Assembly (NCBI GenBank): GCA_951406725.2
Contig: OX597839.1
Coordinates: forward strand, 11,098,001-11,162,000
DNA from: Octopus vulgaris
Lineage: Eukaryota
Length of the DNA: 64,000 nt
Direction of reading: 5' to 3'
A program made the position numbers and the translations under genes. The stretch's first letter is position 1. Each line of letters opens with the position of its first letter. Below the pieces are notes generated by a model. It ran no database searches. It was not told the DNA's origin and saw nothing but the letters and a program-made list of their open reading frames with translations. Positions 52,854-64,000 of this stretch are shown one piece after another.

Positions 52854-54832
52854 ATATTTATTTGTATGTGTATAGGTGTGTGTGTCCATATATGCATGTG
52901 TTTGTATATATTTGTACATATGTGAATTTATGTGTACACATGTATCTGTGTTTTATTATTTCTTTGTTGCAGCTCTCTTCTCTGTTGATCCATTTTATGA
53001 TGACTTTTGGCTACAGAGAACAAGATTGGCTCATAAACCGATATTGAACTGTTGCTAATCAATTGATGTTCCACTCTACACAGAACGGAGAGAGAGAAAG
53101 AGAGAGTGTGAGAAGAGAGTTAATGAAAATATTGCTGGATCTTTTAATAGTGTTTAGAAAAGCTCACAACAAACAATGTTAAAGTGTTAAGGGTTAGTGT
53201 GGCTATGATGTTACCATCACTTTTGTACTTTGCCGACTACATGGTGTTATGGTGCAATAGTCACCAGGATGAAATCAATAACTAGATGCTTTATTGTAGC
53301 AATAAAATATCCCCTTTAACAGAGCATGCAAAGTTGATGCTAAAACGATGAGAATGGTAGGGGTATTGATGATGATGATGACGATGATGATGTGGATGAT
53401 GATGGGAGGGTAGCGTGGGGTGGGGTGGGGGAGGGGGCGTTGTGGCTGATGATGACGACTGTGATGGTAATGATGAATGAAGATGGAATTTCAGTAGAGA
53501 ATGGTGGAATATTAGATGAGAGGGAGAGATAGTTGAATGTGTGGAATGTCAGTTCTGACAGAAGCTGATGACTTTAGCTCTTCTGTTGATAATGAATGCT
53601 TTGCTGCAGTTGTTGTTGTTGTTGATGGTGGTGGTGGTGGTGGTGGTGGTGGTGGTGGTGGTGGTGGTGGTGGTGGTGATGATGTCTCTCTGAAATTAGA
53701 ACTCATTTATTAAGTGAATCCACTGAGGAAACTACTTTGTAATACTCCGAAAATGATGATGATGCTGATAGCTTAAGCATGTTTGTTTCTCTCTCTGTTT
53801 AAACAACCATCCGCCCACCTCAGTTTAAATATCTGCCACAGCCCCCCCGAGGGACCCATGAGTGCCAGTTCTTAGCTCAGTTTTCACGGTATTGAGAGAG
53901 AGAGAGAGAGAGAGAGTGAGAAATTAATATTTTTCGTTTGGATAGGACGACGCCAAGTGTGTCTTGAGTTAGGCTTGCGCGAGCTCTGTGTAAGTGTGTG
54001 TGTGAGTATTTATTCCTATGTGGGCCAGGGTTGGAAGATAAAAAGCAAGAAACGAAATTTACTGCTCCAGTACACTATCAAATCCCTGAGGTGGGATTGA
54101 ACTCAGCACCTTTGAGTTGGTAGTACAATACACCTGTTTGACTTTGTTGCATCAGTGTTTGTGTATCATTCCTCTGGGCTGTGTTTTGTCAGTCAAAGCA
54201 GAAAATGAAAAACGTGTCAAAAAAAGAAAAAAAAAACAAAACACCCTTCTAGTGAAAATAATTGTTTTTTTCTTTTGCAACCAGTTGCTTGTGCCGATGA
54301 TCATAACTGTTGCTGCTGTTGTTTAACCCTGAGTCAACCCTAATAGAGCATACAAACCTCTGCTCAAAGCCAGTCTTACTATAACCATAACATCTTTTAT
54401 TCCATAATTTGCATCTACCGCTGCTTTCTTCCATATGTTAAGATGGTAAAATATGATTTGAGTGAAGTTTGGCTGCTGTTTCTTGTATTGATGATATACA
54501 AGCCCAAGCCACTTCTCCATTTCTTTGTCTGGTGTGATGCCATATTAATGCACCAAAGTGCCTAGAAGTCGTTTTAGACCATTTTCTTGTGGAATGTAAT
54601 TCCTGTTCTAATACAGCTTCATTTCAGTTAAACAAACACAATGTGACAGATACAGTGATAGATGATGACATCTCTCAGAGTAAAAGTAGCCACCTTGGTG
54701 GTGAAGATGTGTCTGTGTGTAAGGTGAAACTGGCTTGTCTTGCATGCCAATCCTTATATTTAACAGCCAACAATTACAACTATAGATTTAGCCTCTTACA
54801 GTCAGCATAAAAAACCCCCAAAAAAACTGATA

Positions 54833-55000
54833 GGCACAGGCGTGGCTGTGTGGTAAAAAGTTTGCTTCCCAACTACATGGTTCTGGGTTTAGCCCCACTG
54901 TATGGTACTTTAGGCTAGTGTCTTATATTATTGCCTTGGGCCGACCAAAGCCTTTGTAAGTAGATTTGGTAGGCAGGAACTGATAGAAGCCTATTGTGTG
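54833..55000 (+). mobile_element. SINE family A, 5' half
   Basis: GGCACAGGCGTGGCTGTGTGGTAA head. Confidence 0.8.
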
Positions 55001-56183
55001 TGTGTCTCTCTCTTTTCAATTGCATAAACTAAAAGTCGGAGGGGGACGGGATAAACTACTTGCATCAACTTGCTATAAAAGCAGGTAGTAATTTTACCGT
55101 GTATTTATTCTTAGTGCAAGTTTTGAAGAGTGCAGTTTGATTTTAACAGTTATTTTTTCAAAGCTATGATGTCTGTCCTTGTTTGTCCCCTCTATGTTTA
55201 GCCCCTTGTGGGCAATAAAGAAATACATATATATATATAAAGGTGGTAGGAAAGGATCTATTAGATAATGTAGCCCTAAATACCTTATACCTATATCTAT
55301 ATCTAATTGAGGACTACATTAGGGAGAAAATCTGTGAATGGTAACATATGGAATGCCTTTGATCATGGATCTTAGATCTTCATGATCAGGTTCTGTCAGG
55401 GACTAATCATCATCATCTTACAAACCGACTGGCAATTTTTTTCTTCTTCTGCTTGCTTGATTTATTGTGTGAAGTCAACTTTGATATCTCCTGAACTAAC
55501 TGGGACAGGAAGTTTAACCCCCGACTCCATCCCGTTTAACCTTTTGCTTATGTTGGTTTAAGGATTTCTCTTGATTATGTAACAATGGCATTCAGAGAGA
55601 ACATGGAGTGCAGCCCTTCCCATCCTCCCATCCCCTCTCTCTCTTTTTTGTGCACCCATCGTCAGATCACACTGACCAATCAGCGTTATTCTCCCTCTAA
55701 ATGTGCCTGCTCCTAAACCAACCTTGTTCATATGCATTGATGCACCAAATTTTCTATAGAGTTTAATAGGTGTCTCCATCCAGCAACCTGACATGCTAGA
55801 GATAGCAGCTAGATTTTGAATTCCTATTCTGCTATCTTTAAAACAGTACAAGGAAGAACACATCAGACCGCGGTCATGCTGGGGCACTGCCTTGAAGAAT
55901 TTTATTTGAACAAATCAACTCCACTATTTTTTTTTTTAAGCCTTGTACTTATTTTATCAATAACTTTCATCAAACTGCTAAGTTACAGACTGTAAACACA
56001 CCAACACCAATTATCAAGTGGTGATGGTGGTGAGGGCAAACTCAGCCGCAATGACAAATATTCTTTCTCTCTCTTTTTTCTCTCTTTTCTTAAGTCTTTT
56101 TAAAATTTTTCTTCTATTTCTACTCTCTACTCTGTTTTGCTTTCTATCAATCTTCACTTTGTACTCCACTTATTAAACTGTGA

Positions 56184-56597
56184 TGGATCTTTTCGGTTTG
56201 AACGGCAGTTTTTTCTAGCGGTGTCATATGAAATTGTCACCCATAATTATGACCCTAGTGTCGATCTATTGCATCTCAATCTCTTTTAGGGTTAGGGTTA
56301 GTTAGTGTTAGGGTTAGGGGTGGGGGAAGGGTATCTTTTTTTTCTTCACAAATGTGTTTCTTAAACGAGGGACATATTCATACGGCACAGAATGTTTTTT
56401 TAACTCAATAAATGTCACTGATTGGTTGAAATTGCAGGAAAAAAACAACAAATATCTTACAAACTATAGAATTTTCTCAATAAAGCCAAGAGAAAAAGAT
56501 GTTTTATAAACACATTCTACCAGTGTACGAAGTTAAAAATTTTTTTAGTTACCTAGAAATTATTTTTAAAAACTGCCATTCAAACCAAAAAGATCCG
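56184..56597 (+). mobile_element. Family M TIR element, full length, with TTAGGG-like repeats
   Basis: TIRs as at 22177; ACTGTGA at 56177-56183 and 56598-56604; telomere-like tract 56286-56331. Confidence 0.92.
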
Positions 56598-57648
56598 ACT
56601 GTGAGTAAAGGAAGCTAGAAATGAGAATGTTGAGCATGAAATATATAAAGAACTAGGAATCAAAACCTCACCTTCATATTGTAAACTTACCTCATCACAA
56701 ACTTACTGTTTATTCTGCACCAATTTTCATTAAACTTCAATATTGAAACCAAAACACACACACACACTTTTCTTCTTCATCGGTGAAACCCTTTCTTTCT
56801 AATAGATATCCCTGAAGGCTGTGGCCCCTAGTTCCCCGAAGGCTGTGGCCCTAGATCTTCCTCTCAGCAAACTACCATAGCACTTCCATTTCCAAAGTGC
56901 CTCTTCTGGTTGTTGACATAACTCAACATAAATTAAGGATTTATTTCTAATTAAACTGTCAGTACACCTCTTCAACAGTTGTTACAGCTATTGATTTTCA
57001 TAATGTGTGCCATGTGTTGCGTGTATGGGCATTCATGTGTGTGTGTGTATTTAAATCTTTTTTTAATTATTGTTAATGCCTGTTCACACACTTCGGCCAT
57101 TTCATAGTATGTATATATTTGCCTCCGTGTGTGCATTTGTGGATGCGCATTCTAGTACTTTGTGGGTGTGAATGAGAATTTTGTGAAAGCAAGATTTGAG
57201 AAAGTTGTGTAAAATATTTGTTTTCTGCTTGAGATCACTGATTCTGTGTCAAGAGTGAGAAATAAACCTTTACCTCGTTAGCAAGCGATCAAGTGTTTAT
57301 TTTCTTGTCACCTTGTTCACCTGTTAGGTCCTGCCCCTAGCTATCATTTTATTATAAATTGCTTTACTTACACAGGGCTTCTTCTAATTGAAAACTCTCC
57401 TTCCAGGCCTTTGCATTTTGTAAACTTGTTATAGGCATATTGGACAAATACTTTAATATATTCTGTAATAATGATTGAAACTGAGTAAGAACTTTCTCAA
57501 ACATGGCTATTGGGTTAAAAAGCTTGTTTCCCAATCATGTTGTTTTGAGTTGTGTATCACTGCACAGCAATTTGGGCAGCTGTCTTTTGCTATAGCCCCA
57601 GGCCAACCAAAATCTTGTGAGTGATTTGATAGACAGAAACTGAAAGAA

Positions 57649-57875
57649 AGCGGTGAGGTGGTAGAAACGTTAGCATGCTGGGCGAAATGCTTAGCGGTAT
57701 TTTGTCTGCTGTTATGTTCTGAGTTCAAATTCCGCCGAGGTTGACTTTGACTTTCATTCTTTCAGGGTCAGTAAATTAAGTACCAGTTACACACTGGGGT
57801 CGATGTAATCAACTTAATCCGTTTGTCCTTGTTTGCCCCCTCTATGTTTAGCCCCTTGTGGGCAATTAAGAAATA
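57649..57875 (+). mobile_element. SINE family B monomer inserted in SINE A with 14-bp TSD
   Basis: AGAAACTGAAAGAA at 57635-57648 and 57876-57889. Confidence 0.92.
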
Positions 57876-57954
57876 AGAAACTGAAAGAAGCCTGTTGTAG
57901 TGTGTGTGTATATACCCATGTGCATATGTTCGTCTGTTTACATCTGCAATCGCT

Positions 57955-58230
57955 TACATGGCACCTTGGACAAGTGTCTTCTACTATTGCCTTGGGCCAA
58001 CCAAAGCCTTGTGAGTGGATTTGGTAGACGGAAACTGAAAGAAGCCCGTCTTATATTTGTATATATATCTATGTGTGTGTGTATACATTTGTGTGTCTGT
58101 GTTTGTCCCCACAACATCTCTTGACAACTGATGCTGGTGTGTTTATGTCCCCGTAACTTAGCGGTTCTTCAGCTAAATGCGGTGCTCCAGCATGGCCACA
58201 GTCAGGTGACTGGAACAAATAAAAGAGTAA
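57955..58230 (+). mobile_element. SINE family A, partial
   Basis: GGCACCTTGGACAAGTG to AAAGAGTAA with internal deletion. Confidence 0.85.
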
Positions 58231-58791
58231 GCGCTGGGGTTGAAAGGTGGTCGATCTGTTTGACTAAACCTTTTAAGGCAGGGCTCCAGCATGGCTAGTC
58301 AAATGATTAAAACAAGTAAAAGATAAGATAGATATGCACATACACATGTGTTTGTGTGTGTGTTTGGTATGTATTGTACCAGTTAGTGTCTTTAACAAAG
58401 GAAAAAAGCAAATTAACATAGCAGTAGTTAATGTGCCAGTAGTATATTTGTGCATAAATTTATGTGCACACATGTATGCGTGTGTGTGTGTGTGGCTTCC
58501 TCAGTAGGAATGTTTTGTGTCCCTGACCTGTGCAGGCCCCCAAATACTGGTGATATTGATGCAGCTGGTGTATAGGTTGCTGACTGTAGGAAAGAATGTG
58601 AGCAGGAAGGGAACTGTAGTGGGTTGACTTTCTGGGGTTGAGAGAGGAGGATCGGAATTAAATAGCTAATATGTGTGATTAAATGCGGCTTCTGTCTCTC
58701 TGTTGTCACTTGCAATCTTGTGTGACTTGGTAAAAGAAAAAGAAGAAAGAAAAAACTTTCCTTTTCATGCCTCATGAACAGATATGTGTAT

Positions 58792-58829
<38 letters not shown>

Positions 58830-58925
58830 CCATAAATATTTGGCTCTTGGTTGCCTTTAACAAAGTCCATTCACTTTATTTACATTATTTACATTCGATG
58901 GATATTTGTCCTCATCTTGTTTGTT

Positions 58926-58970
58926 GTGACATGTTTTGGCTGATATATCCTCCAGCCTTCTTCAGGTGTC
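58926..58970 (-). ncRNA. Degenerate minimal hammerhead-like motif
   Basis: GACAC-CTGAAGA-A-GGCTGG(AGGATATA)TCAGCC-AAAAC-ATGTC; GAAA reads AAAA. Confidence 0.55.
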
Positions 58971-59019
58971 TTGGGGGAAATTTCGAACCTGGGTTCTCAT
59001 TGTTTGGTATTTTTCAATG

Positions 59020-59057
<38 letters not shown>

Positions 59058-59181
59058 GTTCTGGTCACTGCTTGGAATCGAACTTGGAATCTTTGGGGTT
59101 AGTAGCTTGTGCTCTTAACCACTATGCCATATGCCCATGGGCAACCTTAGGAATGAGAATCCAGGTTCGAAATTTCCCCAA

Positions 59182-59227
59182 GACACCCGAAGAAGGTTGG
59201 AGGGTACATCAGCCAAAACGTTGTGTT
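59182..59227 (+). ncRNA. Degenerate minimal hammerhead-like motif (inverted copy)
   Basis: GACAC-CCGAAGA-A-GGTTGG(AGGGTACA)TCAGCC-AAAAC-GTT-GTGTT; stem I GACAC/GTGTT. Confidence 0.55.
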
Positions 59228-59443
59228 AACAACAGACAAGATTAGGACAAATATCCGTCTAATGTAAAAAATGTACATAATTCCTCGTCTCTTAAATATA
59301 GAGCCGTATTATCCATTCACTTTATTGCAATCTTTCAAACCATGCAAATCCGTTTCTCTCTTCGCTTATGCTTTTTTATGCGAGCACTGACCTGTTGGTA
59401 TTTATGTTGGATATTTACCGCTTCCTAGGTTCTGCTCATTATG

Positions 59444-59479
<36 letters not shown>

Positions 59480-60039
59480 ATATATATATATGAAATTGTA
59501 ATATTCGTAAGTTGATGATTGAAATGAATTTGTTCCTCCATTTTCTTATTTGTATTATTAATTTACGGTAAAATATTTTTTACCTCGACCCATTCAATAC
59601 AATAAATGAATTAATTGCATTGCAATTATAAGCATTTATGTATTTAGTATTTGGGTACTTCACCAGCAGTATATTGGATAACTGATATCCCATAATGGGT
59701 TACCCTCATAACCCCCTATCTTACTTTGTACTATATATATATTCTGCAGCCATCACACCTGTACTACAGCCATGACAACAATAACCACACTGTGATACCT
59801 TTATCCCTGTCATTGTGCCTCCACTACACCCTCACCTCCCACACTCACACATCTATAAACTATAACTAATCCAGGCCCCATAACTACACCTCAGCCAATA
59901 CAATTATGCTTCAGATGCTACTTGGTAAATCCCAGAAAAAAAAAAAAGAAAAAATCACATGTATCTGATATATTCCAGCAGTTTCTAGTTGGAGGTGGGG
60001 CTGGTGTTGTGTTACTAAATCATTGATGTAGTTGTGAGG

Positions 60040-60187
60040 TTGACATCTTCCATTTGACCCTCCACTTGCTAATTGACAGCAGTTTGACCTTTCATGTAGC
60101 AAAATGATACCTGCTGCTGTTTGACCTTTTCTGAAGTGGTTGACACTTAACAAATTGACACCTATTTGTTGACCTTTCTCTGTTGAC
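60040..60187 (+). promoter_or_regulatory. Homotypic TTGAC motif cluster, candidate enhancer
   Basis: Nine TTGAC on one strand in 148 bp, three as TTGACCTTT. Confidence 0.4.
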
Positions 60188-60775
60188 ATCTGTAAGTGGT
60201 GGTGGTGCTGGCTGAGGTGGTGGAGCCTTTTCTGCTGTTTCTCTCTCTTCCTGTTGTCACATGAAGCAAGAGTTGTCTTCTCTTTGTTGTTATTTCAACC
60301 TCGGAGGAGAGAGAGGGATGAGGAAGAGAAAACCTAATGTGGTTAAGAAACAAACCAAAACAGGTTGCCCTTGTATAGTATTCAAAATTTTAGCATTCTG
60401 GACAAAATGCTTGGCTGTATTTTTTCCAGCTTTACATTCCAAGTTCGAATTCTGCCAGGGTTGACTTTGCCTTTCAACCTCTCAGGGCCAATAAAATAAG
60501 TACCATTTGAGCGTTGGGGCCCTTCCCAATTAGTGCCAACAAGTCCTGGATTTCATTCTTGCTCGAGTCTTAACCTTGCATTTCTTTGTCCCAAAGAAGC
60601 AGGAGTGGGCGGTGGTTACCAAAAACATGTACCAGTAGGATACTGAGTTAATTATATTAACTTAAAATGTCATTGTGTTTTTGGTGGGTTTGGGACACAA
60701 GCTAATCAATTATTAATTGTTAGATACAACATAATTCTTTTCATACCAACCTGTCTGAGATTGTGTCTGTTTTAA

Positions 60776-60995
60776 CACTTTAGTGTTTAAACCGGCCATA
60801 TCTGGTCAGAATATTATTCTTGTTTTATGTTCAAGCTTGTGAGATTCAACCTCTCACACCTACCCTACAATGTCATTCTAAAGATAAATAATCACATCAT
60901 CAAAATCTTGAAGCTATGAGATAAGGCACAATTAATTCAAAACAATGTGAATAAAAAAGTATTACATTTGACAGAGTAATCTAAACACTACAGGG
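60776..60995 (-). mobile_element. MITE family P2 nested in older P3 element (about 60735-61152)
   Basis: TTAA 60772-60775 and 60996-60999. Confidence 0.82.
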
Positions 60996-61369
60996 TTAAA
61001 GTTATTTAAATTAAAACTTTCCACCAAAATTTTAAGTTGATGTTCCAAACACCAGCTTTATAATGACAGTTATTTTCCAAATTTTTAAAATTATTTTAAA
61101 AATTAACTGAAACAGGCATTGTATTTTGACAGAAGTATGGTAACAAAAAGGTTCATAGTTTAGAATAGTTGGTTGTATATGTGTGATGGTCTTCAGAGAC
61201 TAATATCAGAATATGGATCTACAGGAACTGTAAATAAATGAATAGAGGTCTTTGATGCCAGAGTTGCTATGTCTTCCATTTTAGTGTCCAGAATTCAGAG
61301 AGATCAATAAAAAGGAAGAAGGCTGACTGAATTTAATTGTCTTTAAATCTTACATTGTTTTTTTTTTAC

Positions 61370-61588
61370 CTTATTTCTGTTGAAATAAACTGGTTTTGTT
61401 TCAATTAATTTTGAAAATAATGAAGAATTTGATAAAATAACTTTGTCCTTATTAAGTTGCTGTTTGGAATATTAATTAACAAAATTAACATGAAATTTTG
61501 ATAGAAGATTTTAATTTAGATCAATTTAAAACAGGAAGAGCGTATCACAGAACCAAGCGTGGTCTCTGGTGGGTTGGTATCAAATGGG
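61370..61588 (-). mobile_element. MITE family P3 (older P1 relative)
   Basis: Ends GGGTTGGTATCAAATGGG-TTAA; reverse similarity to P1 body. Confidence 0.65.
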
Positions 61589-62562
61589 TTAAACAACATT
61601 GGAGTTAGTTTTTTCCGTCCTTTTCTTGTGAAATTAGGGAGTTGAAATAAAAAAATACCAGTGATATGCTGAGAGAAAGGGGGGTGGCTCAGTTAACGCA
61701 AAACTCCTCCCTATATTTGATCTCTCCCCACAAAATATTGGCCTCTTATTTATTCCACACAAATCACAAAATTCACCGTGACTGTTTTTTGAAATTTAAA
61801 AATTAGAAAAAAAAAAATTTTTTTTAATGTAAAAAATATTGTTCTAGTTTATTTTTAAAAGACCTCCTACCCACCTCCTGCAAAAGGACTTGTTTGTCAT
61901 TAGAGATAATATACATGCTTGATATTTTAATGATAACACTAAATAGTTTAATATCTTCATTTTTGGTACATTCATAACCTCTTCACAATTAATACATCCA
62001 CTCCACCCAACTCTGTCTCTCTCTAGCCCCATTCCTCCTCACCATTTTTGCTTTTTTTTTTTTCTTATTCTATTCTGCTAAAAAAATTTTTTTATCTGTC
62101 ATATATAAACATATTTCATTATTATATAACACCGTGTTATTTATTTTTTTCCTTGGTTATTTTTCTTTCTTTATTATTAAAGTTTAAACAAAAACGACAG
62201 AAACAACGTTTAACAAACTGTATTAATATCAAAAATTTATTTAAGACATTTATTTATCTAATTATTTATTATTATTATTATTTTCAAAGATATGAAATTT
62301 AATTAAAGATAATATTTTATTGCAATTTTATTCCATTTATTTATTTATTTTGCCTTGTTTTTCTTGCTTCTGTCTGTTTTTCTCCGTATTTGCATAGCGT
62401 TCATTTGTATTCACTTACACAGTGTATTGATTTCGTTGTACTTTCTGCTATTCCTGTAGCTTGTTGTCGTAGATTAACATATTCTCTTAGTTGACAGGGG
62501 GTGGAGAGCAGTGGGGGCAAATTGGGAGAGTGACTTAGCAAGACAGGCATTTTGTTATAATG

Positions 62563-62607
<45 letters not shown>

Positions 62608-63897
62608 GGTGTTTGAGAAATGGAAGGGAGTCGGGGTTTTTTTTATGTTGTTTAAATATATTTTATTGTCGTCATTATGCTGTCTTATTTATTGTGCTGA
62701 TTTGAAGTTTGAATGTGGTTATGTTTAGAAAAATGGCCTAAAAGCATTTTTCCTTTCCCCCGCTCCCCTTATTATTTTTTTTTCTTCTTCTTCTTCGTCT
62801 TCTTCTTCTCTCCCCCATATGTGAATTTGTGAACAATATGTCCTTATGCACTAACTGAACAGATATTAATGGTGGGGAAAAACAAGACTGAAACAGCATT
62901 ATCCTTCATCTCTGGGCTTTAGATTACATTGTAATTAGTCCAAAGCCAGCATCTTCCTCTTTCTCTCTCTGTCTGTCTGTTTCTCTGTCTCTCTTCATCA
63001 TCATCACATTCTGAAATGAGTGATTCATCAGCTTCGTTGTTACAATAAGAAGAAGGTTTTTATTGATTTTTCAGGTACAATTTTGCTGCCAAAAGCTCAG
63101 TGTTCTTCTTTTCAGCAAATTCCCAAGTTTATAAGGTTGAGGAATGTCTCTCCAAAGAGAAACATGATTGCTAACGAATGAGCATCATCAATGAGTCATC
63201 GTCGTTCCAATGAGATAGAGAGAGATAGAGATAAAGAGAGAGAGAGAGTGAGAGAAAGGGAAAAGAGAGAGAGAGAGAAAGATTCCAAGACTGTTTCACT
63301 ATCACTGACTTTTGAATAAGGTGACTCGGTTTACAGGAAAGCTAAACTTAGATAAGTTCTAAATTATATCTAAACCACCACCACCACCATCACCTCCTCC
63401 TAACCCTATCTGTGGCAGCTTTTGGCTGGTGAAAACTGATTATCTTTGGAAGGTGTGTGTATGTGTGTGTGTGTGTGTGTGAATTAGAAACAAGTAATTA
63501 ATCTGAGACTGCAAAGAGGAGGAAATAGCCCATTAATAGTTTGTTTTTAAATATAGCTCAGCTACTGTCTACACAGAGTCAATTAATTTTACATGGAAAA
63601 CTGTAATTAATTATGAAAATAGCCTCTCTTTCCTTTTAGTAGATTATGTATTTTTCTCTGATTTGTTTTGTGTAAATTATTTTAATTTTAATTTGTTCTT
63701 CCTATTGAATCTTATTTATTATTGTTATTGTTGTTGGTATTGAAAAGATAGTTGTTGTTTTAGTTCCAAATCTAGCCTGGATTCAGCAGACCTATAATCT
63801 AGGTATTTCCAGAGATGACCATCCTTGTCTTTTATCTCTAACCTTTTATTAACCATTTCAATCAGGTTCTGTGGCCATGCTGGGGCACCCTCATTAA

Positions 63898-64000
63898 CCC
63901 TTTAGCATTTAAACTGATCCTTTGCAACCCAGATATTCTACTCATTTTGTGTTCTAACTGACCAGATCTAGCCTCTCACACCTAACCTACAATGTCCTAC
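63898..64000 (-). mobile_element. MITE family P2, cut by window edge
   Basis: TTAA-CCCTTTAGCATTTAAAC...CCTCTCACACCTAACCTACAATG. Confidence 0.75.

Larger units (their letters stand above)
58881..59311 (-). mobile_element. tRNA-headed retroposon with hammerhead-like tail and inverted tail copy; 15-bp TSD
   Basis: TCCATTCACTTTATT at 58866-58880 and 59312-59326; minus-strand A box (59119-59129) and B box (59074-59083); inverted arms 58881-59001 and 59152-59275. Confidence 0.88.

Noticed and set aside
56286-56331. Interstitial telomere from chromosome fusion
   Set aside because: Short and internal to a TIR element present in several copies
59063-59136. tRNA gene (also 4774-4848, 37437-37510)
   Set aside because: A/B boxes present but cloverleaf is imperfect and each is the head of a longer repeat

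Overview
AT-rich eukaryotic non-coding DNA (large intron or intergenic region), very dense in microsatellites and short interspersed repeats. The repeat landscape resembles octopus (coleoid cephalopod) genomes; this is an inference from recalled family resemblance, not a search result. No host protein-coding exon is supported: the supplied ORFs are microsatellite or repeat read-through, apart from one RTE-like LINE C-terminus at about 1866-2070. Contents: at least five SINE-like families, two or three TTAA-flanked piggyBac-type MITE families, a TIR element carrying TTAGGG repeats, a Helitron-like relic and LINE 3' fragments, often nested. The most notable signal is a set of short elements of otherwise dissimilar sequence carrying minimal type-I hammerhead-ribozyme-like motifs (stem I-CYGANGA-stem II-GAAAC-palindromic stem III-NUH-stem I) at about 17.6, 28.5, 32.9, 39.0 and 59.0/59.2 kb. 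Several sit in Penelope-like inverted arrangements, and all copies deviate from the canonical core at one or more positions. The best example (58881-59311) joins a tRNA-like Pol III head to a hammerhead-bearing tail, has an inverted tail copy and a perfect 15-bp TSD. Family letters (A-E, P1-P3, M) are my working labels. Repeat boundaries are approximate unless a TSD is cited.
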